Assembly (NCBI GenBank): GCA_973895155.1
Contig: OZ316892.1
Location: forward strand, 4,858,510-4,922,509
Direction: 5' to 3'
Source of the DNA: Marsupella aquatica
Lineage: Eukaryota > Plantae > Marchantiophyta
Length of the DNA stretch: 64,000 nt
Shown here: piece by piece, positions 35,982 to 47,876 of the stretch
Layout: every line of letters starts with the position of its first letter
How positions within the stretch are numbered: the first letter of the stretch is position 1
The notes under the pieces: generated by a model
Told to the model about the DNA's origin: nothing
Databases searched by the model: none
Seen by the model: the letters and a program-made list of their open reading frames with translations, nothing else
Translations under genes and position numbers: made by a program

Positions 35982-38867
35982 AAGAGATTGTATGCCACTA
36001 AGGGTACATCTAAGCTAATGACTTGGCATCATGAGAACAAGAGCAAGGACAACATGGTGCGACATCCAGCAGATTCAAAGGCATGGAAACATGTGGACAC
36101 AGAGATCGACCCTGCTTTTGCTGCTGAGCCAAGGAATGTGCGAATGGGATTGGCACTTGATGGGGTAAATCCATTTGGGAATAATTCTACTGCCTGGTCT
36201 ACATGGCCAATCCTGCTATTGAATTATAATATCCCTCCTTGGCTTTCCACAAAGAAGTTCTTTGTCATGCTGGCTCTTCTAATTCCAGGTCCTGTGTCTG
36301 TAAGCGAGGAACAATTTGATGTATACATGGCTCCACTTGTGGATGATCTTGAGACATTATGGTCAGAAGGAGTAGATTGTTTTGATGTTCTACCAAGGCT
36401 AGGATTGCAGCAACAGTTCAAGCTAAGGGCTTCAGTATTGTGGACAATCAATGATTATCCTGCATATGGATTAGTCTCTGGCCAACAACATGCAGGGTAC
36501 AAAGGATGTGTGGTTTGTGGGCCAAATTGTGTGGCACAAGGTTCAAAACAGTTGGGCAAGTTACTGTTTGCTGGCCATCGTCGCTGGTTACCACATAGGC
36601 ACTATTTTCGCAGAGAGGAAGTGGCAAAATACTTTAATGGTGAGGTAGAGGCACGAGCTGCACCATGTAGAGTGTCCAGCTCTGATAGGAAACGTTGGGG
36701 AGAAAAGACCGCTAAATATGTGGAGAAGAAACCAGGGAATGCGCTGGATGATGAAAACTCTCCAGTAAAGAAGAATGGAGTGAAGAGGGTTACTGGATTA
36801 TACAAGCTGCCATACTGGAGTGTAAGTATCTGGTTCCCCATACTGAATCCCTTAGTGTGTAATGTTAAGTACCAAAGAGTAATATTTCTGATTCTAACTT
36901 AGTTTGTATTGAACTGTGCATCCAATGCAGAAACTTCTCATCAACCATTGTTTGGATCCCATGCACTGTGAGAAGAATCTTGCACACAACATTGTGCACA
37001 CTATTTTGGGGACAAAGGATACTCCTTCTGTTCGAGAAGACATGAAAGTCATGGACGTGCGGGAACACCTGTGGCTGGTTCCAAATCCAGATCCAAAAAA
37101 AGATTCAAAGATCATGCCGCCAGCCCCATACTGCCTCAATAAGATAGAGAAGACTAAGTTCTTAGAGGTATTGTTGACCTTTAAAGGGCCCACTGGTTTC
37201 AGCAGTTCTTTGGCTAAATGTGTCACAGTTAAGAAGAAGTTATCAGGGCTGAAATCTCACGATTTCCATCACCTCATGCAACAAATCCTTCCATTGGCAA
37301 CAATGGGATTACTTGATGAAGGTGTTCGGTTGGCCATAGCCAGAGTGAGCAATGTGTGGCGTACCATCTGTGCCAAGGTTTGGGATCCCTCACAGTACAA
37401 CTCTGTGATGTTGGATGTTGCATTCACACTCTGCCTTATGGAAATTCATTTCCCACCAAGCTTCTTTGATGTCATGACCCATCTGTTGATTCATCTGGTT
37501 CAGGAACTAGACATCTGTGGTCCAGTGAACATTAGATGGATGTACCCAATAGAAAGATATCTAAAGACCTTGAAGGGTTATGTTCGAAACAAGGCACGTC
37601 CAGAGGCTTCTATGGCTGAAGGCTACCTTCTGGATGAATCTTTAGGATTCTTTTCTGAATACATGATCGATGTTAAGGGGACAGGAATGAGAACATGGGA
37701 CTTGGAGGAGAATCCTGGTGTTGCAGGCATTGTCTCAGAAGGAGCTGGAAAACAGATCATCTTGGAGTGGAATGATATGATAGCTATGCATCATTACATA
37801 CTGGAGAATGAAGAGCTGGTGGAACCATGGTATAGGTATGAGCATGGTTTATATTGTTAAGTTCTCTGTTGTTTATTATTAAACAGAATTGAGTTTTGAG
37901 CAAAAATTGTGTGGGCCTAGGAGCTGACTGTCATTCTTGCCATGCAGGGTTTATGATGATCAAAAGGAGGCAGTTACCAAGCACAGAGCAGATTTCCGAA
38001 AAGAATGGATGAAGAATCCAGGAAATCGGAGGAATCCTGTGCCTTATCCCTCTGATTTGGATGAGTTGCCTCCTTTTAGAGAATGGTTTGAAGTGACAAT
38101 TAGAAGGCATAATTTTGAGAATGAGTTTGAACGAATGGTGTTGGCAGCGTATAGTGTACCACCTAGTCTGAAGGCACTGCGGTACAGGGCCTGCAGAGCC
38201 TATGGGCACCATTGGAGGACCATTCCATCACTAGGTTTCTTGATTGATTGTGATTCATCTGGGTTCAAGACTTTTGATTCTGGGATGGCTTGTACATTCA
38301 CTGAGAAGCGGGTGATTAGGTCAGGGACAACAGTTGATGAATCTGTACAATATATGGGGATGTTGACAGACATCTTAGTGTTGAACTATGGGCCTCTGAT
38401 AAAGGAAGTGGTCCTTTTCAAAGGAAGGTGGGCAAACCCATCTTGGACTCCCAAAGCCACTGCAAGTATGAGATATGATGCGTCTGGATTGTGGCAAGTA
38501 AATTTTCAGAAGGAGCTGGGTGCTTCCAAGAAAATGGACTATGTATTGCCACGACAGATAGAATAGGTGTTTTTTTACCCAAATGATAAGGGGATTGCAT
38601 GGAGGACAATCCTCCACAAGGAATCCAGGTCTACAAGGGTACTGGGTGATTACATGGAAATTGATTTCCATGATACTATGGATGACAATGCTAAGTTTCA
38701 CATAGAGTTGGCAGAAGCCTGTACAACTAGACAAGAGCCTAGACCAAGTACTACAGACAAAGGAAAAAGAAAGTATAAAAGGAAATGAATGATTTGAAGA
38801 TACTGTACAGTCCGGTTTTATTTGGTTGGGAGTGGGATTATACTAACATGGCATGCCATGGTCTAGC

Positions 38868-41800
38868 AGTGAATGCAGCGAATACCTCCATATGAGGAGG
38901 AACGAAATAAGAAGGTAGCAGACAACAATAGAAAATTCAGGGAGATATTGGAGAAAATTTCAATTTCATGTGAGTATAATCTTGCATGTTGTTTTGAATG
39001 TGCAAAGATGTGTTAATATTACTCATCAGCAATATGAGTTGGTTTTTGGTACTTGTCATTCATTCATTGATATTCTCTGATGTAGACTGGGTGCAACACA
39101 GACCGTAGGGCACAAGAAGAAAACAAGTACACGTCGAACTCCTATAAGTGAGGTTACCACACAGAGGAGACAGAGCTCAAGACTATCAAGAATTGCCTCA
39201 GTGAGTATGGCAGAGTCTGGTGATGAGGGCTCTGAATCAGATTATGACACTGATGCTGAGTACAGTGAAGATGAGAAACCAGAAAGTTCATCCAAGGTGA
39301 GATTCCTATTACATTTCACCAACATTATAAGGAAACTATAGACATTGGTAGTGATTCTGTTTAATAACATTGGTTTTAACTTGATCTGGACAGGAACATC
39401 TGCAACCTCCATCTAAGAGCTTGGCAGATGCAAAAGAAACCCCTACAAAGATTGGACCTTCCATGAGTGGCATGGTGCAATGTTACAAAGACCCTGTGAC
39501 TGGCCAGCTATTTGAATGTAAGTAATTTCAAAGATTTTCAATGTATTTTTCAATGTTGATCTATATGAATGTTGGATTCATAACTCCAGTGGTTTGCATG
39601 TGTATAGTGGTGGTTCCATCAGCATCGATTGGGAAATCTGGACACTCTGCAGTAGTGACATCCAGTCAGGGTTCAGGTAAGTCAAATTCAATGAAGCGTC
39701 CTCCTATTATATTGTAATATTTCTTGTCCCTCATTTTGCAATAGTGGATGATCAATATTGGATGCTCATTGTGTATGTAGAGGGAAGAAAGATTGCAACT
39801 AAGCAACGCAGGGAATCTAGGCAAGCCAAAAAACAATTCCAGAGAACCGGTAGTGCAAGAAGGGCTGACAATAAGAAGGGAAAATTGATAACGGTAAGAT
39901 TTTCATTGCACATTTCACATTTGTGGCCTACAGTTTGTGTACTCAGAAGCAATTGGGTGTTTGTTTCATTTCCAATGTTGATGACTATCATTTATGGTGT
40001 TTTTTTCAGATTCATGACAATGATATTGATGATTCTCATCCTAATAAACCATATTGGATGGAGGAGCTACGTGCCAATGTCTTGAGGCTTTTTGATGTAT
40101 CAGAACCTGATTGGAACAAACAAGATCCAAACATAATTGCGGATGTGCAGAAATTGATGGAGGCAGATTGGGAGTATCCAGATAAGCAGTCAGTGTCTGA
40201 CAAGAAATTTATTAGTCACTGTCGGACATTATTGAAAAGAGAACGTCACAAACTAAATACTTATTGGAAGGATGTATGTAAACGTGATCGCTCCAAACCA
40301 GGACCTCAATATGTTGATCCGTTGAAATGGGCACGACTGGTGGATCATTTTGATAGTCCTGCTTTGCTTGCAAGGAGTGCTGTGATGAAAGCAAGGAGGG
40401 CAAAAGTGGTGAACAAAGAGCATTTTGGAAGAGGAGGGGCTGCTGGAGCAGAAAAAAGATTGGTAAGAATCTTCAGATGGTCCATCTCACTGCAGGTCTA
40501 GACTGTCATTTGAATTGAAGTGTTTATCTAGTATAGGAATAAACAATGACATGATGAGTTCTAATTAAATATTTCAATTGCTTTGAATGTGATTATGTGT
40601 TTCCAGAAAGCAAAAGGAATGACGAGCTCTGTTATATCAAAACTTGTGTCTAGTAGTCCAGTCCCCCCAGTGCAGATCAGTCCATCTATGGGCAGTGGTG
40701 AACATCGAGGCAGTAGTTTTGTTGGAATTGGATCTGCACATGGATCAGCGGTATGTAATGAAAACCTGTGTATATATTCAATTTTGATTATCAGTTATCC
40801 ATGATGTTCAAATTATCATTGATGATTGACATTGTATGGTGTCTTTGTGTATGTAGACTCCACTGTCCAGGGAAACTACAATTGAGGAACCAGCTTGATT
40901 ACTCAAGCTTGAACAGTCTGTGGAGAATTTAACCAAGCTTGAGTTCAAAGTGGACAATTTGACATCTATGATGACCTCTTTCATTGCACAAAATCAACAG
41001 AATCAGTTTCATATGCAATTATCAAATGCAATTGCTACTAAGGTGGTGGTTGAGCCTAAAGGTAGTAGCAGGAAACGTTCTCTTACTTTCTCAGGTGATG
41101 GTGATGGTAAGAACATACAAACTTATACTCTAAACATATTACATATGCAATAGTTTATTTTTCAATTTAGAATGAAGTTTTCGAAGCATTCATTGTTTGG
41201 TTTTGTGGTAGCTTCTTCAGGGAAAATCCTGTATCACAGCGAGAGAAATCAGATACTTTAACAAGGCAGAAGCCAAAGCCAAGTATGGGAGAAGCAAATT
41301 TGGGAGCACTGCAGGAACCTTGCGTTGTACAAAGCAGCATTGGTAATGGTGAAAGTGATGAGATTGCTGTCACAGATGAACAGATAGTGTCAAATGCAAT
41401 TCAGGAACAAGAGGCTACGCCACCTAGGCCTTCAAAGAGATTCAAGAAATCAACCCCTATCACTATCTCACCTAGTGAACGAGGACCAGTTCTCTCCCCA
41501 AATCCAGCAGCAAAGGTGAATTTGTTTTCAGTTGGCTTATGTTCTTAAATTGATAATATGCCCAAATCAGTACTACAAGACAGTATTTTATCCTAACAAT
41601 TTTGTGTGGCAGTTTTCAAAAGGAGATGCTGTAGAAGTACGAAGCGTTGTGGATCGCTCTACAGTTGTTGCTAGAGGTGAAGTGACAGGGTTACCAGGAG
41701 AGGATAAATTTCATTGTGTCATGATTGAGAGTCCTTGGGTGCGAGTATCAGTTAAGGCAGTGTATTGTGGTGATGCAACATTGCCAATGCCCAACAAAGA

Positions 41801-41876
41801 AGAGAAACAACTCTGCTTACGGAATGTGTTAGGAATGAATACATTGTGGAATGCTAGGTTTCTTCGGAAGTGTTGA
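38868..41876 (+). CDS. CACTA-2 TnpA-like multi-exon gene; exon structure approximate, integrity not verified
   Basis: YEEERNKKVADNNRKF, PQYVDPLKWARLVDHFDSP...SAVMKARRAKV...HFGRGG (Ptta/En/Spm-type), and C-terminal VVARGEV...VRVSVKAVYCGDATLPMP...LWNARFL. Several GT-AG introns. Confidence 0.75.
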
Positions 41877-42242
41877 ACATTTTCTCTGATCATGTAGAAT
41901 AGAGAATTTTTGAATATTTTGGTTACCATTGTTTCACTCATGCGAGTGAAAAATGTGTACTTTCTATCCCTTTATCATAAAGACTTATGTTTTTTCAATT
42001 GTTCTATACTCGAGCTTGTGAATGTTGGAATGTGAATTTCTGAATACAATGATGACTTCTGTTTTTTCAATTATTCTATATTAGAGCTTGTGAATGTTGG
42101 AGTGTGAATTTCTGAATACAATGATGATGCGCAAAGTGATGTATTTGTTTAGAGTTTTAAGTGGATTCATTGTATGTGATTTTGAATATAACTATGAGCT
42201 CTTCTTAGATACATCCCAAATGACATTACTTAAAAGCACCTT

Positions 42243-42600
42243 GTATGACACCCTCAATGACATCCTCAATGACACCCTATATGACACCCTGTATGACACC
42301 CTGTATGGCACCCTGTATGACACCCTCAATGACACCCTCAATGACACCCTATATGACACCATGTATGACACCTTCAATGACACCATGTATGACACCTTCA
42401 ATGACACCATATATGACACCCTCAATGACACCATGTATGACACCCTCAATGACACCCTATTGACACCCTCAATGACACCTTGTATGACACCCTCAATGAC
42501 ACCCTATATGACACCCTCAATGACACCTTGTATGACACCTTATATGACATTTTTAATGACACCATGTACGACACCTTCAATGACACACTAAATGACACCT
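42243..42600. repeat. 12-bp subterminal minisatellite (ATGACACC + 4 nt)n
   Basis: Repeats such as atgacaccctgt, atgacaccctca and atgacaccatgt near the right end of CACTA-2. Confidence 0.95.
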
Positions 42601-43190
42601 TAAATGATTTATTATTGTGTCATTTATGACATGTCTGAAATGACATATAATGACAACCGTGCGTAGTTGCCACATGTTGTAATATGATTTGTTTAAATAT
42701 GTGTCATTAAAGACATGCCTAAATGACTGACGGTCGTTCATTCAGTCATTTAGGACAACATGTCATTTCAGAAATATTGTGTCATTTAGGACTACCATAA
42801 ATGACTGGTGAGAGTTTTAGTCATTTGTCTTAATTGACTGTCCTAAAAGACGAGGCAGGTATGACAGAAAAGCTCTAGTCATATATTGGTACATATGACT
42901 TGTTTGTCAGTCCTCTTTCTAGTCATTAAGGACACTATTTTCCACTAGTGTGTGGAGCCAACGAGGTACTCACTGGCTTACTATCCCCCATGTTGAACCT
43001 TGCAATTACCTTCCTTGCATAACTATTTTGCGTCAACCATAGCTTGCCAGTCTCCAAGTCCCTAGTGATCTCCATACCCAAAATCCTCTTAGCTGGCCCT
43101 AAGTCTTCATCTTAAACTCTGCACTTAGTAATGCCTTAAGCTTAGCAATCTTAGACCTATCATTGGCCACAATAAGCATGTCATCCACAT

Positions 43191-46100
43191 TGTGATGCCT
43201 AGCCAAGAATCACTCAGCCAATTAAGTGGGTAAAGCAGGAATGCACCCTAGAAACACCTTAGTATAGGGACAAAACAAGGAAAATATAAACAATTAGGGG
43301 CGACCATGGAACCCGGGCCGAGGCCGGAGGTAAGGACGCTGGGGGTGAAAACTCGATTAGGGTTAGGGCGCGTTAAGCGTCGGCGGCTAGGAAGGATCAA
43401 CGGGAGGAAGGACCGGAAGAGGAGAGGGGTAAGGAGCGCTTGCAGGAGATGGTGGCTCATTTGCGAGCACGAACTAGGCAGACGACTACGGGAGGCCAAC
43501 TACTGTCAGCTGCTTAGGCAAGCACTCGGGGAGAGAGTAGATACCGACGATCGACCTAAGGAGGGTATGAGCAACGTCAATCAAGCGGCACATTTCTGGG
43601 GATGCCTGTTCGAACGGGCAACTGAGTACATCAAGACTTACGAGGACAAGAAATCAGAAAGGGTCGCTCGAGAACGGCAGGAGCTCGCTCGATTGTGGGA
43701 GCTGCAGAAGACGGCTTTCTTAAGAGGCAAACTCATCAATGCCGAGTTCTTGTGGACTCCTACTTCCAATCAGCTCGACGATCTTATGTTTTGTGAAGAC
43801 AGAATCATCAGCATTCGAGAGACCATCAAGAACTGCAACGACATACACTGGGAATTGAAGGGTAGCACGGAAAGGTGGACCCCGGCAACGGTGCTAGGAG
43901 AAACCTCCACGGCAGCAGAGATGAAGAGGAAGGGAGCCGTCAACGATGAAGCCACCCCGGCAAAAAGAATGAGGTTGGCGGCACCAAGGAAGCCAGCCGA
44001 GCAGCAGAGCAGGAGGTAGGGAGAAGCCGAAGAGGAGGAGGTCGATCCCATCAATGCCATTCCAACCAGGGATGACACCTGGAAAGGTTGGACGGCAACG
44101 CTACCGGTGGAGGTGCAACTACATTTTGCACAGGAGGAGGATGCATGCTTTACAGCCATGTAGACCAAGAAGTACCAAGGCTTCATGGCCGGATCTGGCT
44201 TAGAGGCCTTTTCAAGATTACCATGGCTGAAGCCGGAGGTGCCGGATTCAGACCTATTAGAATTCGTGGGGTCATGGGAACCCGAGACCAATTGCACGAG
44301 GATATATGGGAAGGATTTCTATCTTACTCCCAAGGTGATTGCCGAAGTGTTTGGCTTGCCGATAGGCAATAAGACCAAAGTTGATACCAGGAAGACCTTG
44401 CCTGACAAGGAGTTTCGGTCATTCCCCGGGCCATCAACGAAGAATGGCTTCTTCCGGAACACCTGCACCAACCCACACATAGGAGAGATGATCGACTTCT
44501 TGCGAGTGACCATGCACTGTAACTTGCCGAGGGCAGAGATCGGCAAGGCACAGGTCTATCTGGCAGAGAGGCCAGACCCAAGCTGGGACTACAACGGGTA
44601 CCTCCTCAACCAATTGAAGAAGATCTTAAAGGAGGAGCAGCAGGTAATTGGCATGGGGAGCGTGTCGCGGCTTGGCTATCACATGCCGCTGTTGTGCCGG
44701 TATGCCAGAGGTCAGACCTTTGCCCCAGTACTTCCCCTGTAGGTAAGGGCACCCGAGGAAGCTCCAGCACCGAGGCCGATAGCAGAGAAGCCTCAACCAC
44801 CTGTTAGCCCTACGATCGAGCAGGTGTTTAGGCCAAGGACGGAGGACTTGCCGATGCAGCAACCAGGCATGCAGAATCTGCTGAAACTACTGGAGAAAGA
44901 AAAGAGATCGGCATCGGCAACGACAACGGCAACGGCAACAATGCAGGACACTGCTCCAGAGGTAGGCCTACACCGGCTTACAAGGGAAAACCCCTTTACT
45001 GGAGACAAGGAGAGAATCAGGCCAGAATCCAAGCCGGGTGTTCGAATGTACGTGGGAGTCTCAAGCTCTGAATCTGAGGCAGAATTGCCTGAAGCTCCTA
45101 CGGACGAAGAGGAGAGGGAGAAGCCGGAAGTCCAAGAAGTAGAGGAGGCAGTGGAGGACTGCAGCCATGATAACTCCGGCTATGGGTTGGACCATCACGT
45201 TCCAGGAGTAAGGACCTGTGGCCGGTTTATCCCCACACTTCCAAGGGTAGTACGAGGGGACCCCAACCAGCAGAGTAGCCCTGAGTCTCCCCCACCAGAT
45301 GTTGCTCCCTCAAGCTTTGACGGCATAAAACAGACGGCGCAGGAATTTCAGGAGCGAATCAGGCAGGAAGAGGAGGCAGCCCTGGCTAGAGAAAAGGATT
45401 TGCCAGGAGGAGATTGGCCAGAGGACATCAAGCGGCTAGCCGAAAAAGGAAGCAAACCTCTAGCCACGATTGAAGAGATCCGCAAGACGGCTTGGGAACA
45501 AAGGCCGCGGTGGATGATGCCGATGACTTCTACTTCCTCCACCTATGCTAAAAATAGAGCCATGGAGTACGGGGAGATGTGTGGAGAACTGGCGCTCAGC
45601 ATATTTGGGGAGGAGTTGGAGCAGGGACCCTTTTTCCAGAGGGAGATGTTGGAGAAGCGCCAATTAGAAGAAGCAGTGGCCTTGGAAAGAAGCAAGAAGG
45701 ACGAGGTCATCCGTCGGCTTAGGGAAAGGGAAGCCGAAATCAAGGACCTGAGGGTGGCCAAGAAAGCCCAAGATGAGCTGCGGATTAAGCGGCATGAGCT
45801 AAATATCATGCAGGGCCAGTTGGATACCGCACAATCTGATAATCGGATGATTGAGAATCTACTAACGCGGACCCAAGCAGAGTTGGCCGATATGATCAAA
45901 GAGAGGGAGAAGTGGAAGCGAGAGCTGAGGAATGCAGAGGAGGCCCACAAAACAGCCAACAACCGGGCCATGGCGGAGACCCAAAGAAAGGAATGGGCAT
46001 TGAAGGGGGAGCTCAAGAAAATCCGCGGAGCCCTTGAGCAGAAGGAGGCCGAGTTAGGGAAATCCTATCAAGGGATTATGGCGCTGCAGCAGGAGCTTGC

Positions 46101-47876
46101 GTCCCTGATGGCCAGCTTCAAGGCTGACCTAAAGGAGAAGGACGAGATGCTCGATCAGACTTACGCCAAGATGAACCAAATGGAGTCTGTCATCATTGCA
46201 GAGCTCGACAAGGAGCTAAGAGCAACCCGGGAGGAGAGGGCTACCTTGAAGAAAGAACTGGAGGAAGCCCACAGGGAACGAGAGGAAGCCCAGAAGGAAC
46301 TAGAGGAGGCGCGCAAAGACCTGGACGAAGTGCAGGAGGAGTTGGAGGAAATCACGAGGAAGATGGAGAACCTACAGCGGCGGACCGACAACCAAACAGA
46401 GCAGCTGAAGAAACAAGCCGCAGTATTTAAGTGTTTGTCTTCATCAGGCCCAACTCCAATTGGGGCAACCAAGTTACCAGGAGTGGTACTGGCCGAAGAA
46501 CAAGCCGCGCCACCTGCACCAGTGACGGAAGTAAGTGGGAAGGGGAAGGGACCAGCTGCTGAACCAGAAAAGAAGAAGAAGCGGAAACCTTCAGGGTCAA
46601 GGAGTAATACGACTCCACTGGCCGTGGTGACCAAGGAGGTAGACCCAGCACCAACCTCCGGCATGAACACGGCAATAGATCCCGCTATCACCAAAGGTGG
46701 GGATGGCGCGGCCCAAGCCGAACTACTCAATAATGAGGCCGGTATCCCAGATCCGCCTCTTGAGCAGGCCGGGGAGATCATAGCCGAGGCTGAGGCTGTA
46801 GCCAAGAATGATTCCCGAGCCAACGCCGATGCCGATGGTAGACCCAGTCAGGCCGATGGAGAGTTGACTCAGTCAAGGGCAGGTAATCTGTCAGAGAACG
46901 AACCTACGACAGTGGCTGAGGAGGAAGCGTTGGGGGCGTCCATTGAGAATCCACCACCGGTGTTGTGATGGTGCAAGGGCGCCGTTCCTTTTAGGAAGGG
47001 CGGACGTGGAGGTAGGAGGCATGAGTGGGCAGGGCGGGCGCTGATCTCCAAGTTTAGGATTAGGATCAGGACCAGGAGGCAGCCCTAACACTTAGCTTAG
47101 TGGGATTGCGGTTCCACTGGCAGGAGCAACACTTGTGCTCCTGCCTCGCTGTACAGTTAGGTAGATTACAGGTAGGATAGATTAAGCTTACGCAACGAAG
47201 TTCTGGACAGATCCACTGCCAGGATAAATACCTGGGCAGCGGGGAGCTCAGGGCCTCTTCTTTAGCAAGTTTTTAGTTTGCACCAGCCGGGCTGGGATCA
47301 AGTAGTAAGAGAAGCTCTCGGTTAGTCATATCGTGACCTTGTGTATATTCATGTTTCCTCATGCCTAAGAACTGAATAGAGTTGGCCTCACGGCTTAGTT
47401 CGCAGAGCTTGTGTATGAGATGTACTGTTTGTATGGCAAGTGCATGGTATGACTCAGTCAGAAGGAGTCATTTTGCTATTTGTGTGTCGCATTAACTTGT
47501 GTGAAGAGTGCCCACATCAACCAGAAGGAAGGAAAGTAAGCAAGGGAGTGAGAGAGTTGGATGTGTCGAGCTGAGAGAGGTCTTAGCGGCTTAACCAAGC
47601 CTATTGGGGATCATTCCGGCGGCGGAATCCAAACATACCTAACAAGATGGAGGGGAAGACAAGGGAAGGCCTAGATTAGGTCGGCTACGTATCTCATGAC
47701 CCGATGAAGGATCTGTCCAGTATATGTGTGTAAAATGTTAATAGTAGTAGTAGAAGGAGGTTAGCAGCGTCCCATGCCGCTAAGCCGTGGAAACGGCCTT
47801 GCCAAGCGCGAAACCTGCGGGAATCGGCTTGAGCTGGGGGGTTTCTTGGGTTTAGGGAGCCATGGGACGCACCACA
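43191..47876 (+). mobile_element. Family A long copy (B, 4686 bp)
   Basis: Ends TGTGATGCCTAG...GACGCACCACA. Perfect TSD CACAT (43186-43190 / 47877-47881). Inserted in the copia RT YVDD codons; collinear with copy A. Confidence 0.95.
43306..46968 (+). pseudogene. ~1220-codon family A accessory ORF with three premature TAG stops and no frameshift
   Basis: ORF pieces starting 43306, 44185 and 44824 are all in one frame. Stops at 44017, 44161 and 44740 are CAG in copy A. Confidence 0.85.

Larger units (their letters stand above)
30346..38788 (+). pseudogene. CACTA-2 TnpD-type transposase, interrupted by copy A and one premature stop
   Basis: LGLDYERIPVCENGCMLF; LRYFPIIPRLK|RLYATK restored across 31332-35981; HPADSKAWKH; EPRNVRMGLALDGVNPF; WTINDYPAYG; LDPMHCEKN; GLKSHDFH; FPPSFFDVMTHLLIHL; RWMYPIERY. 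Probable introns ~36822-36930 and ~37835-37947; TAG at 38564. Confidence 0.95.
20372..42950 (+). mobile_element. CACTA (En/Spm) element 2, 22.6 kb including nested copy A
   Basis: TIRs CACTAGTAGAAAAT and (revcomp) CACTAGTGGAAAAT. 3-bp TSD TGT (20369-20371 / 42951-42953). ATGAC/GTCAT-rich subterminal regions; TnpD- and TnpA-like genes inside. Confidence 0.95.

Noticed and set aside
42094-42591. ORFs with YDTL/MTPS repeats
   Set aside because: These are translations of the 12-bp ATGACACC minisatellite.
31332-47876. A and B as the two LTRs of one 16.5-kb retrotransposon
   Set aside because: Each has its own perfect TSD (AAGAG vs CACAT), and the intervening DNA is CACTA and copia sequence continuous with the outside flanks.
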